Shown here: positions 17,814 to 26,123 of the stretch, piece by piece
How the letters are laid out: the number at the start of each line of letters is the position of its first letter
Position numbering within the stretch: the first letter of the stretch is position 1
Position numbers and translations under genes: made by a program
Assembly (NCBI RefSeq): GCF_003945235.1
Contig: NZ_RSDW01000001.1
Span: 4,350,001-4,382,000 of the forward strand
DNA: 32,000 nt
Source of the DNA: Edaphobacter aggregans
Lineage (GTDB): Bacteria > Acidobacteriota > Terriglobia > Terriglobales > Acidobacteriaceae
Direction of reading: 5' to 3'
The notes under the pieces: model-generated
The model's database searches: none
Told to the model about the DNA's origin: nothing
What the model saw: only the letters and a program-made list of their open reading frames with translations

Positions 17814-18689
17814 ATGCGCCCTGTCTTGTTCCTTGTGTTCTTTGCTGCCTCAGTAGTTGCACAAGAACCTCTGCGGCAGCAGATTCGAAGCATTGCGGCA
17901 GAGGCTCATGGGAAGGTGTCCGTGGCTTGTTCGTTGCCGGGTTCATCGTTGAACTGCGATCTGGATCCTACTGCTCAGCCTCCGATGCAGTCCGTCTTCA
18001 AGCTGCCGCTGGCGCTGGCGATTCTCCATCAGGTGGAGCAGGGCAAGTTCTCGCTGGACCAGCCGATACGCTTTCTGCGAGAGGACCTTATTCTGCCGAA
18101 GCCCTATAGCCCATTGCAGGACAAATATCCAGATGCAGGTGTTGACGTGCCTTTGCGGACGCTTCTGCAGCTGACGGTTTCGTTGAGCGACAATACGGCG
18201 GCTGACATCCTGTTGCGTCTTGCGGGTGGTACGAAGGTTGTCGACGAATATATCGCGTCACTTGGAATTACAGGGTTTCATCTGGAGGACGGAGAGCGGG
18301 CGCTGCATCGCCAGGTGGCTCTCCAATACAGGAACTGGTTTGAACCGCAGGGGGCGGTTCAGCTGCTTCGCAGGATTAGCGATCATTCTCCATTGACGGC
18401 GGAGCATACGGAACTGCTGCTGGGATGGATGCGACCTGCGGTTCCGACGAAGCGTCTTGAGGGTGATCTGCCGAAAGGAACGAGCGTGGCCCACAAGTCC
18501 GGGACCTCGGATGTGGACAATGGGGTCGCTCATGCGACCAATGACATAGGGCTTATTGCAATGCCGGATGGACGCCAACTTGCTATTGCCGTGTTCGTCA
18601 CCGATTCGACTGCTGACCAGGCGACACGAGAGAAGGTTATCGCAGAGATAGGCAGAGCCGCCTATGATGCGGGTTTACGGAATTATTGA
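17814..18689 (+). CDS. Class A beta-lactamase family serine hydrolase (secreted)
   Basis: 291 aa. Signal peptide MRPVLFLVFFAASVVAQE. S-x-x-K (SVFK, Ser60), SDN (124-126) and KSG (228-230), with spacing matching class A enzymes. Confidence 0.85.
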   Translation: MRPVLFLVFFAASVVAQEPLRQQIRSIAAEAHGKVSVACSLPGSSLNCDLDPTAQPPMQSVFKLPLALAILHQVEQGKFSLDQPIRFLREDLILPKPYSPLQDKYPDAGVDVPLRTLLQLTVSLSDNTAADILLRLAGGTKVVDEYIASLGITGFHLEDGERALHRQVALQYRNWFEPQGAVQLLRRISDHSPLTAEHTELLLGWMRPAVPTKRLEGDLPKGTSVAHKSGTSDVDNGVAHATNDIGLIAMPDGRQLAIAVFVTDSTADQATREKVIAEIGRAAYDAGLRNY

Positions 18690-18778
18690 TTTCGTAATGG
18701 AGCTGTAGACGGGCGCAAGCTGTCGCATACTTCGCGAATTGCTATCTTATAAGCCAACGATGATCAGAGCTCGTTCAG

Positions 18779-19759
18779 TTATCCGTCGGTCAGGTTTGGG
18801 AGGTCGCGTTGGAAAATTTTGTAGAGTTGGCGCGCCGATGCATCGAGGGCGTCGCTGTCTCCAATGGCGACGTTGGCATGGATGTGCTCGGAGTTCTTGG
18901 AGGAGAAAAGCAGAATGCTTGCGGAATTAAGAAGGAACGAGGCTTTGAGCATGAGATTAGCTAGCGTGCTGGGGCTGGCAAGGTCTGCGCCGATCTCTGC
19001 AGACCAACGTTTACATTGTTCGGGTTGAGCCTGGAGTAGGGCAATCAAGGCATGGAAATGTTTGCTGAGAGCGCGGTGGTGAATACGGAAATAGGGAGTT
19101 TCGGGGATCGAGGGATTCAGGACTGACCATTCGTATTGAGCAACCCGGCAGTATCCGGGATGCTTTGCGATGAGGCCGGGGATGCTTGTGCGCTCGCTGC
19201 CTACTCCAAAGGTGCCGATCTTGCCTTCACGAACAGCATCTTCAAGAAATCGAAGCAGGGAATCGTGAGTGAGGTCGATAGCGTTGACTTCGTGAAGCAG
19301 CCATACATCAATGCGTTCAGTTTTTAGTGCGGTGAGGCTGGTCTCTAGAGAAGCCCGCGCTTGATTGACGGAAAAGATTGGGTTGGGAGTTTGCGGATCT
19401 GTTATTACGGGTTGGGCGGTGCGCTGGAGGCCCTTCTTGAGGGCAGGGAAGCGCTGCACTAGAGGACCTAACGCGGTACGGGCGATCCGGATAAGGGGTC
19501 TGTTTTTTGCTGCGGGGATACCAAACTTGGTTGTGATCGTTACCTGGTCTGGGTGACGAGCCAGGAAGTCTCCGAGGCAGCTTTCAGCGTCGCCGTATCC
19601 ATACATCGGTGCGGTATCGAAGTGACGAATTCCGGCATCGAAGGCAGTTTCGAGTAGTGTGAGCGATTGCCGGCGGTTGAGAGCGCCCATGATGCTGGAG
19701 CAGCCGAAGCCGAGACGTGAAGTGATGCGGCCGGTGGATCCAAGGGGTATGGATTGCAT
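18779..19759 (-). CDS. Aldo/keto reductase
   Basis: The 407-aa track ORF is over-extended into the upstream gene. ATG 19759 gives MQSIPLGSTGRITSRLGFGCSSIMG...AFDAGIRHFDTAPMYGYGDAE..., a normal AKR N-terminus (326 aa). Confidence 0.88.
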   Translation of the reverse strand: MQSIPLGSTGRITSRLGFGCSSIMGALNRRQSLTLLETAFDAGIRHFDTAPMYGYGDAESCLGDFLARHPDQVTITTKFGIPAAKNRPLIRIARTALGPLVQRFPALKKGLQRTAQPVITDPQTPNPIFSVNQARASLETSLTALKTERIDVWLLHEVNAIDLTHDSLLRFLEDAVREGKIGTFGVGSERTSIPGLIAKHPGYCRVAQYEWSVLNPSIPETPYFRIHHRALSKHFHALIALLQAQPEQCKRWSAEIGADLASPSTLANLMLKASFLLNSASILLFSSKNSEHIHANVAIGDSDALDASARQLYKIFQRDLPNLTDG

Positions 19760-19797
19760 AATTCGTTCGGTGTCCGATTGCGCTGAATTAGGACTTA

Positions 19798-21375
19798 TTA
19801 CTGGCTGAGGTGGTCGGCAAGACGAACCGAAAGGGCGAGCACGGTGTGGGTAGGGTTGGAGAATCCTGAGGTTGGAAAGACAGCGGCGGAGCAGATGTAT
19901 CCATTCTCGATGCCATGAAGTTTGAGATCGAGATCCACGACGCCCTTGTCGGGCGAGACAGACATGCGCATGCCTCCCATGTGGTGGTATCCGTCGCCGC
20001 ACTTAGCGCGAAACCGATCTGGATGTATCAGGTCGGGATCCGGAATAACGTTGGCGATCTTTTGGAGCGATTGAGCGGCGAGGTCCACGCAGGTTCGGAT
20101 CGAGGCGATCTCGAGATCGGAGACATGCCAATCGATCCGGGTACGGAGCATGCCGAGCTGGTCGCGGGTTTCGGCGAGTGTGATCGAACTGGCTCCCTCC
20201 GGCGGCTGTTCACAGTGGATGCCGAGTTCAATGCGCGCGTCGTGAGGAACATAGGCGCGGTGAGCGAAGGTGTAGCGCCAGCTTTGACGTGCCAGCAGGG
20301 GAGAGTTGCGGAACATGTGGAGAAGTTCCTGTCGGGAAATCTCTTTACCTCGGCCACGAAGGAGCTTTTTCGCAGTTGCTTTTATCTCGCCTCCGACGAT
20401 GTCGGAATCGCTATTGAAGAAGATCAGGCCAGCAACATTAAGGGTTCCGTGTTTCTCCTGCTGAGACCGGTCAAGTCGAATCTTGGGCTGGTATTTGTAG
20501 CCTCGACTGAATACATTGTCGAACGCAGCGTGGAAGCGGGAAGCGTTGATGGGCTCGATACGGGCCGCAGAAGCGATGATGTGGTCTTGAAAGTGGCGAC
20601 CGAGCAAGCCGCTGCGGTGCCATGGCATGGCGGCCAACTCCGGCTGAAGGAAAAAGCGCGAGCTCTCGATGCCACCCATGCACCACACGAATTGGTCCGC
20701 GTAGAACGTGTGCTCCACGCCGGTGAGCGTTTTGCAGCGGACGCCGCAAATACGCTGTCCTTCAAGGACCGGACTCAGTGCATTTGCATGTAGCCAGACC
20801 GTAATCTGTTGATTTTCTTCGAGAGTCTTTCCATGAAGTCTGGCGAAGTTCGTCTCCGGACACCAACGCGAGAAAAAGGTTTCGAACTCAGGGAACTCGG
20901 GAACAGGCAGGCCGATTTCCTGCCAGACACGCGTGTCATCGAGGGTGGCCTGGCTGAGGCCTGCCAACTCGATAGCGCGTTGGTAGAACGGGCGAAGATG
21001 TTGCTTGGCGATAGGCCATCCGCTGCCGGCAATCCAGGGGCGATGCTCAAAGTCCAGTTCGTCAAGCTCGAGTATCTGGCCGCCCCAACGTGTGGTGGAA
21101 CCTCCGTTTGATCTGAACCGACCGATGTGGACTCCGTTGTGATTCAAGCCGGCGATCTCACTTCGATAAGGATCCTGCGAGTCCTGTTCGACTTCAGGGC
21201 CACCACCTTCCAGAAGGGTAACGCGCTTTCCCTGGCGGCCAAGTTCAATGGCAAGAACTATACCTGCAGCCCCAGCGCCAATAATGCATATATCCGAAGG
21301 CTCTAACGAAACAGGGGCACCCTTAACCAGATCACGAATCAAACATTGTCCCTTAACAACGCGTTCAGTATACAA
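19798..21375 (-). CDS. GMC-family FAD-dependent oxidoreductase
   Basis: 525 aa. N-terminal ICIIGAGAAGIVLAIELGRQGKRVTLLEGG Rossmann motif. C-terminal GYHHMGGMRM...FPTSGFSNPTHTVLAL. The start is TTG 21375, and the exact start is uncertain. Confidence 0.87.
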   Translation of the reverse strand: MYTERVVKGQCLIRDLVKGAPVSLEPSDICIIGAGAAGIVLAIELGRQGKRVTLLEGGGPEVEQDSQDPYRSEIAGLNHNGVHIGRFRSNGGSTTRWGGQILELDELDFEHRPWIAGSGWPIAKQHLRPFYQRAIELAGLSQATLDDTRVWQEIGLPVPEFPEFETFFSRWCPETNFARLHGKTLEENQQITVWLHANALSPVLEGQRICGVRCKTLTGVEHTFYADQFVWCMGGIESSRFFLQPELAAMPWHRSGLLGRHFQDHIIASAARIEPINASRFHAAFDNVFSRGYKYQPKIRLDRSQQEKHGTLNVAGLIFFNSDSDIVGGEIKATAKKLLRGRGKEISRQELLHMFRNSPLLARQSWRYTFAHRAYVPHDARIELGIHCEQPPEGASSITLAETRDQLGMLRTRIDWHVSDLEIASIRTCVDLAAQSLQKIANVIPDPDLIHPDRFRAKCGDGYHHMGGMRMSVSPDKGVVDLDLKLHGIENGYICSAAVFPTSGFSNPTHTVLALSVRLADHLSQ

Positions 21376-21433
21376 GGATCCATTTTATGGAACTGATGCT
21401 GGATGATAGAGTTGCGGGTGTAACAGCGAGGAA

Positions 21434-22894
21434 TTAGGTTAGGCTGCCGCTGTGGACCATGACTCGGTTTTTGCCTGCGCGCTTGGCGGCGTAGAGGGCT
21501 TCGTCGGCTAGTTCTACGAGCTGATAGCCGTTGAGGAGGGACTCGTTCATGGCGGCCATGCCCATGCTCATGGTCACGGCGCCGTTTTCCCAGGCTTCTT
21601 CGGCTACGCGTTGCATGAGGCGGCGGGCGAGACCCATGGCGCTTTCTTCCCCGCTTTCGGGGAGGAGAACGATGAACTCTTCTCCGCCGTAGCGCGCTGG
21701 AAGGTCGGGTAGGCGAACGGTGGTGCGAAGAATCATGCCGAGGCGGCGGAGGACCTCGTCTCCGGCGGCGTGGCCGAAGCGGTCGTTGATCATCTTGAAG
21801 TTGTCGACGTCGAGGAGGAGCACCGCCAGTTCGCGCTTGCGGCGGCGGGCCATGGAGAACTCCATGACGAGTCGCTCTTCGAAGGCGCGGCGGTTGCGGA
21901 GGCCGGTGAGTTCGTCGGTGACAGCGAGGCGCCGGAGCTGGTCGTTTGCTTCTTCGAGTTCGCGGTGGTAACGCTCGAGCTCGGCCTTGTGGGCGACCTC
22001 TTCGGAGACGTCTACGGCGACTCCGGCGAGAAGGACGTTTCCTGCGGAGTCGTGACAGGGGAATTTGAAGGAGCGTAGGGAGCTGATGGTGCCGTCGGCT
22101 CCGCGGATGTGTTCTTCGGTTTCGACCATGCGGCCGCCTGCCATGACTTCGAGGTCGTGGGTGCGGACGGACTTGGTGAGCTTGCGGGACCAGAGCTGCT
22201 CGTCGGTGCGGCCCAGCCACGCGTATTCGCTGACGCCGAAGCGCTGGGCGAAGCTACGGTTGTAGAAGAGGAGGCGGCCGGCGGCGTCCTTGATGTAGCT
22301 GAGGAAGGGACTGGCGTTCATGAAGGCGCGGAAGAGTTCTTCGCTGGCGCGGAGGCCTGCGGTGGCTTTTTCCTTCTCCTTGACGACCTCTTCGAGCATC
22401 TTGCGCTGGACGCGGAGTTCGAGGCGGGCGCTGACCTGGCGGCCGAGTACGGCTAGGGCTTGGGCTTGCTCGGCGGTGAGGATGCGGGGGGTGGTATCGA
22501 TGACGCAGAGGGTGCCGAGGGGGTGGCCTTCGGTGGTGTGGAGGCCGACGCCGGCGAAGAAGCGCAGGGTGGGTTCGCCTACGACTAGAGGGTTGGCTCC
22601 GAAGCGGGCGTCCATGAGGGCGTCCTTGACGACGAGCATCTCGGGCTGGCGGATGGCGTGGACGCAGAAGGCGATTTCGCGGGGGGTGTCGCCGAGCTTG
22701 AGGCCTTCGGAGGCGCGGAACCACTGTTGGCGCTCATCGAGCAGGGTGAGCAGGCCGATCGGAGTGCCGCAGATGGCGGCAGTCAGACGCACGAGTTCAT
22801 CGCACTCCGGCTCGGGCTGGGAATTCAGTAACTCACGAGTCCAGAGGGCTCTTGCTCTTGCTTCTTCGGACTCTGATCGACGAACACTCATCAT
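21434..22894 (-). CDS. GAF-PAS-GGDEF diguanylate cyclase
   Basis: 486 aa. GAF block (...FCVHAI...DARFGANPLVVGEPTLRFFAGVGL...GTLCVID), then a PAS-like middle. GGDEF domain with RNRRAFEE, LLLDVDNFKMINDRFGH, an active-site GGEEF, and an RxxD (RLPD) five residues upstream. Confidence 0.9.
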   Translation of the reverse strand: MMSVRRSESEEARARALWTRELLNSQPEPECDELVRLTAAICGTPIGLLTLLDERQQWFRASEGLKLGDTPREIAFCVHAIRQPEMLVVKDALMDARFGANPLVVGEPTLRFFAGVGLHTTEGHPLGTLCVIDTTPRILTAEQAQALAVLGRQVSARLELRVQRKMLEEVVKEKEKATAGLRASEELFRAFMNASPFLSYIKDAAGRLLFYNRSFAQRFGVSEYAWLGRTDEQLWSRKLTKSVRTHDLEVMAGGRMVETEEHIRGADGTISSLRSFKFPCHDSAGNVLLAGVAVDVSEEVAHKAELERYHRELEEANDQLRRLAVTDELTGLRNRRAFEERLVMEFSMARRRKRELAVLLLDVDNFKMINDRFGHAAGDEVLRRLGMILRTTVRLPDLPARYGGEEFIVLLPESGEESAMGLARRLMQRVAEEAWENGAVTMSMGMAAMNESLLNGYQLVELADEALYAAKRAGKNRVMVHSGSLT

Positions 22895-23180
22895 TCACCG
22901 TGGAATCGTTAGGATAGCGTGCACAAAGGTCTTAATACCATCGGTTTTTTCTTTTTACTGACCAAAGTAACTGCACCTTTCGCGGCATATCGATGGCCCT
23001 TCTGCTCGACTCAGAGGTCGCCTGGCAAAACCGGCTGAGAGAGACTTGAATTGTCTATGAGGCACCTGGGAAGGGGGATGGTCAATCACCCAAAACTTGC
23101 ATTACCAGCGAGTTATAACGGCCCGGAGCCTGCATTCCTGCGGCTCTTTTACGGGACCGTAGTACGTATGCTGAACGAAG

Positions 23181-23357
23181 CTAATGTTTGATGAGCCACA
23201 TCAGCCAACTGGCTGCAATCGTACCACCAACGAAGAGGACGAAACAGAAGGCTCCGAAGCGGATCATCATGCGTGGGTCGGAGCGCTGGGTGATTCCGAA
23301 GATCACGGAGGTGAAGAGCGAAAACAGGAGGACGGCGCCGAAGTGCGAGATGGTCAC
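23181..23357 (-). CDS. Small two-helix membrane protein (58 aa, hypothetical)
   Basis: Below the ORF-track cutoff and translated by hand: (M)TISHFGAVLLFSLFTSVIFGITQRSDPRMMIRFGAFCFVLFVGGTIAASWLMWLIKH. The GTG start overlaps the upstream TGA (GTGA). GGAGGA lies 7 nt upstream (23365-23370). Third codon positions are G/C-rich, as in neighbouring genes. Confidence 0.55.
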   Translation of the reverse strand: MTISHFGAVLLFSLFTSVIFGITQRSDPRMMIRFGAFCFVLFVGGTIAASWLMWLIKH

Positions 23358-23770
23358 GAGGCCTTCCTCCCCGTTGCGAGCGAGTGTGCGTCGACCGCCG
23401 AGATGATGTTCAGGAGGCCGGCTACCACGATGAACTTGGTGCCGTAGTCGGCGATGGCAACTTGTACGCTAGCCTGGCCGAGATCGAAGACCCGGGCGAT
23501 GACGTAGAGGAGTCCGGTGCCTAGATTCCCGGCGAAGTTCAGCATGTCGAGGAGCTCGGCTGTGTTAGGCGAGTAGATCTTGCCCTTGAGCGCGAGGCCG
23601 ATCCCAAACATCGAGACGATGGAGATGAGGATCAGGGAACCGCGGATCCATTTGCGGAGGAGGAAGTGACCTGCGCCTGGAACCAGCCATCCAGCCAGCA
23701 GAATCAGCGCCGCCGGCATCGTTGTCGTCTTGCCAGCGGTGCGTGCCGGCGCTTGTACGTTGCTCGTCAT
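23354..23770 (-). CDS. Hypothetical integral membrane protein (3-4 TM)
   Basis: 138 aa with hydrophobic segments ALILLAGWLVPGAGHFLL, SLILISIVSMFGIGLAL, LGTGLLYVIARVF and FIVVAGLLNIISAV. I could not name a family with confidence. Confidence 0.65.
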   Translation of the reverse strand: MTSNVQAPARTAGKTTTMPAALILLAGWLVPGAGHFLLRKWIRGSLILISIVSMFGIGLALKGKIYSPNTAELLDMLNFAGNLGTGLLYVIARVFDLGQASVQVAIADYGTKFIVVAGLLNIISAVDAHSLATGRKAS

Positions 23771-23823
23771 TTCAATCCTGATGATATCAGTTGCAGTGTA
23801 CTTCGTTGGGACGACGGAAATTA

Positions 23824-24993
23824 CTAGATTCGGACGAGTTTGTTTTGCATGCGGCCAGTGACCTCGGCTTTGCCGGGGCGGGTAATCATGTTAATTTCGT
23901 TGCGGACTCCGAATTCGCCGGGGAAGTAGAGGCCGGGTTCGACAGAGAAGCAGGTGTTGGGAAGGATGAGGCGGACGTCGTGGGTTTCGAGGTTGTCTAG
24001 GTGGGCGCCGTTGCCGTGGAGTTCGGTGGCGATGTTGTGACCGGTGCGGTGGGTGAAGAAGTCGGCCAAGCCTGTGGCGCGGATGATGGAGCGGGAAGCG
24101 TCGTCGGCTTGCCAGCCTGCGATGGGAGTGTTGGTGGTGAAGGCTTCTTTGATGACGGCTATCGATGCGTCTCGGGCGTCGCGTACGGTGTTGAAAATGA
24201 GTTGCTCGCGGGGGGTGGGTTCGCGGTCGACTACGCCGGTCCAGGTGATGTCGTACCAGATGGCTTCGGGGCGGTTGGCTAGCTTGGCCCAGATGTCGAT
24301 GAGGACGAAGTCGCCGCGGCGGATGGGTTTCGAGGTCTCGGCGGCGGGCTGGTAGTGGGAGTCGGCGGAGTTGGGGCCTACGGAGACGTTGGGGCCGAAC
24401 TCGGTGATCATGCCTTCGCGTTCAATGGCGCGCTGGAGGAATTGGACGATGGCGTACTCGTTGGTGCCGCTGGCGCGGACGCGGGTGCCGATCTCGTGCC
24501 AGCCTTCTGCGAGGATGGCGTCGAGCTTGCGCTGGGCTTCGTAGTGGGTGGCGATCTGGGCTTCTGTGAGGACGGCTTCGAAGTGGCTGACGAGGTCGGC
24601 AGAGGTGACGATCTGCTTGTCCATGTCGCGGAGGAGTTCGACGGTGCCGGCGTCGACTAGCGAGACGTACATGATGGCGTTGCGCGGAGAGTACTGCATG
24701 GCCAGCTTTGTTGCTCCGGTCAGCATGGCTTCGAGTTTTTGTTCGAGCTCTTGCCAGGAGGAGTATTGGTCTTTTGAGCCGGGGAGAAGGTCGAGCTTGC
24801 CGGACTCGATGCGGTGGACTAGTTTTTTTGGCTCGCCGGCGGCGGGGATGAAGTAGTACCAGCGGCGGGTGATGTGGCCGCCGGGGATTCCGAGGATGCG
24901 GTAGGCGAGAGTGTCGCGGTTGTGATGGTCGTAGAAGAGCCAGCCGTCGAGTTTATTTTCGCGGAGGGCGGATTGGATGGCTGTCAGGTCCAT
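23824..24993 (-). CDS. M24-family metallopeptidase (Xaa-Pro aminopeptidase/dipeptidase-like)
   Basis: GDFVLIDIW, HRTGHNIATELHGNG, FSVEPGLY and VRNEINM metal-ligand blocks. ATG 24993 (MDLTAIQSALRENKLDGWLFYDHH) is preferred over the track GTG 25035. Confidence 0.87.
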   Translation of the reverse strand: MDLTAIQSALRENKLDGWLFYDHHNRDTLAYRILGIPGGHITRRWYYFIPAAGEPKKLVHRIESGKLDLLPGSKDQYSSWQELEQKLEAMLTGATKLAMQYSPRNAIMYVSLVDAGTVELLRDMDKQIVTSADLVSHFEAVLTEAQIATHYEAQRKLDAILAEGWHEIGTRVRASGTNEYAIVQFLQRAIEREGMITEFGPNVSVGPNSADSHYQPAAETSKPIRRGDFVLIDIWAKLANRPEAIWYDITWTGVVDREPTPREQLIFNTVRDARDASIAVIKEAFTTNTPIAGWQADDASRSIIRATGLADFFTHRTGHNIATELHGNGAHLDNLETHDVRLILPNTCFSVEPGLYFPGEFGVRNEINMITRPGKAEVTGRMQNKLVRI

Positions 24994-25116
24994 GGCTTTG
25001 GTCTCGAAGTTGGTCTGATCCCATGGTACCCCCACCCCCGTACTTTAGTATGCAAAGTATTCAAAACAGGAGACATGAGTCCGGACTTAGGTGTCAGGTC
25101 CTGCTCACTTAAATGT

Positions 25117-25143
25117 AAAGACCCGGCGGTTGGCCGGGCTTTT
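25117..25143. terminator. Orphan bidirectional terminator-like hairpin between divergent genes
   Basis: AAAG(A)CCCGGC-GGTTG-GCCGGGCTTT followed by TCTCC. A-tract on one side, T-tract on the other. Flanked by an outer TTAAAT/ATTTAA inverted pair (25109-25114 and 25151-25156). Confidence 0.5.
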
Positions 25144-25305
25144 CTCCTAAATTTAAGGTTATCAGTCGTGTCAAGGATTTGGTGTGGAAACGAGGCAGCG
25201 AAGCGGGCAAGATCCTAAACGGCGGAAGGTGGTTGCGAACCACTCAACTAGGGATTCTCCCAGTAGGCAAGTGCCTTGCATCCTGTTCCCATTGAGTCGG
25301 AACGG

Positions 25306-25352
25306 TTTCAGGAAGATCGGATGTTAGGCGTGCCTGCAAGCGATTCCTGAAA
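25306..25352 (+). promoter_or_regulatory. 5'-leader stem immediately upstream of the Shine-Dalgarno sequence of the 25369 gene
   Basis: TTTCAGGAA (25306-25314) is the exact reverse complement of TTCCTGAAA (25344-25352). AAGGAG at 25356-25361, ATG at 25369. Confidence 0.45.
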
Positions 25353-25368
25353 GATAAGGAGAACGCCA

Positions 25369-25941
25369 ATGAGATTCAGAACAATCGCTACAAGTCTCGC
25401 ATTGATCGTGCTGGCTACCAGTTTGGCAAATGCAGGAGATTCCCCCGATGAGAAGCGGGACAAGACTCGCAAGATGGCTAATAAAACTCTTCAGGATCTA
25501 TACAAACTGAAACCCGGAGCTAAGGGAGTTATCCAAAAGGCTGCCGGATATGCGGTCTTCGACAACATGGGGACGCACATTCTGCTGGTGAGCACGGCGC
25601 GTGGTTCAGGGATCGCTATCGACAACAGTTCCAAGCAGGAAACCTTCATGAAGATGATTTCGGCGGGCGCCGGTCTGGGTATGGGAGTGAAGGACTATCG
25701 CGTGATCTTCGTGTTTGACAACGATAAAGCGCTTAACGATTTCATGAATTCCGGATGGTCGCCTTCTGGACAAGCGGACGCCGCGGCGAAGGCGGGCGAC
25801 TCGGGGGGAGCGTACTCGGGAGCGACACAGGTTGCTCCGGGCGTTTGGGCCTATGAGATTACCAAAAATGGTCTCGCGCTCCAGTTGACCTTGCAGGGTA
25901 CCAAGTACTCCAAGGACGACGACCTCAACAAGAAATCGTAG
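25369..25941 (+). CDS. Secreted SYLF (Ysc84/DUF500)-like protein (family assignment tentative)
   Basis: Good Shine-Dalgarno sequence. Signal peptide MRFRTIATSLALIVLATSLANAG. The blocks AAGYAVF...GSGIA...GAGLGMGVKDYRVIFVFDNDKALNDF...GLALQLTLQGTKYS resemble bacterial SYLF-domain proteins as I recall them. Confidence 0.7.
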   Translation: MRFRTIATSLALIVLATSLANAGDSPDEKRDKTRKMANKTLQDLYKLKPGAKGVIQKAAGYAVFDNMGTHILLVSTARGSGIAIDNSSKQETFMKMISAGAGLGMGVKDYRVIFVFDNDKALNDFMNSGWSPSGQADAAAKAGDSGGAYSGATQVAPGVWAYEITKNGLALQLTLQGTKYSKDDDLNKKS

Positions 25942-26009
25942 GCCTCGTCGCTGCTGGTGGTGATGAGGGTTTAGCGGCTGGGAAGAGAGGGCAATGATTC
26001 AGTCGCTTC

Positions 26010-26123
26010 GTCCTTCGGACTCCGCTCCGGCCTTCCGCAGAGTGGTAGGCCGCTTCGCGGCCTTGCACCAACGGCACGGCTGAAGCCATGCCCTTAGGTT
26101 AAACGGATCGCGCTTCGCGCGAT
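26010..26123. repeat. Cluster of GC-rich hairpins (REP-like) between convergent genes
   Basis: GTCC-TTC-GGAC (26010-26020); AGGCCGC-TTC-GCGGCCT (26047-26063); GGCAcGGCT-GA-AGCCaTGCC (26073-26092); ATCGCGC-TTC-GCGCGAT (26107-26123). Confidence 0.55.

Noticed and set aside
18779-20002. The 407-aa version of the aldo/keto reductase ORF.
   Set aside because: The first 81 residues overlap the 3' end of the GMC gene and are Arg/His-rich. The AKR homology begins at Met82 (ATG 19759).
19915-20793. 292-aa + strand ORF opposite the GMC oxidoreductase.
   Set aside because: It is antisense to a gene with clear FAD-binding and GMC C-terminal motifs, and has no motifs of its own.
21339-22220. 293-aa and 156-aa (22254-22724) Arg/Pro-rich ORFs on the same strand as the diguanylate cyclase, in other frames.
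   Set aside because: The translations are extreme RP-rich low complexity. The GGDEF, PAS and GAF motifs identify the real frame.
23028-23150. CTGAGA box (TPP-riboswitch-like) and a GAGCC-N11-GGCTC-TTTT hairpin upstream of the cyclase gene.
   Set aside because: The rest of the thi-box consensus is absent. The hairpin faces the + strand, where no gene exists, and has only a 5-bp stem.
24874-25218. 114-aa + strand ORF spanning the M24 peptidase 5' end and the intergenic hairpin. It includes a 47-codon sub-ORF from ATG 25075.
   Set aside because: The upstream half is antisense to the peptidase gene. The AGGAGA lies only 1 nt from ATG 25075, and the ORF would read through the terminator-like hairpin.
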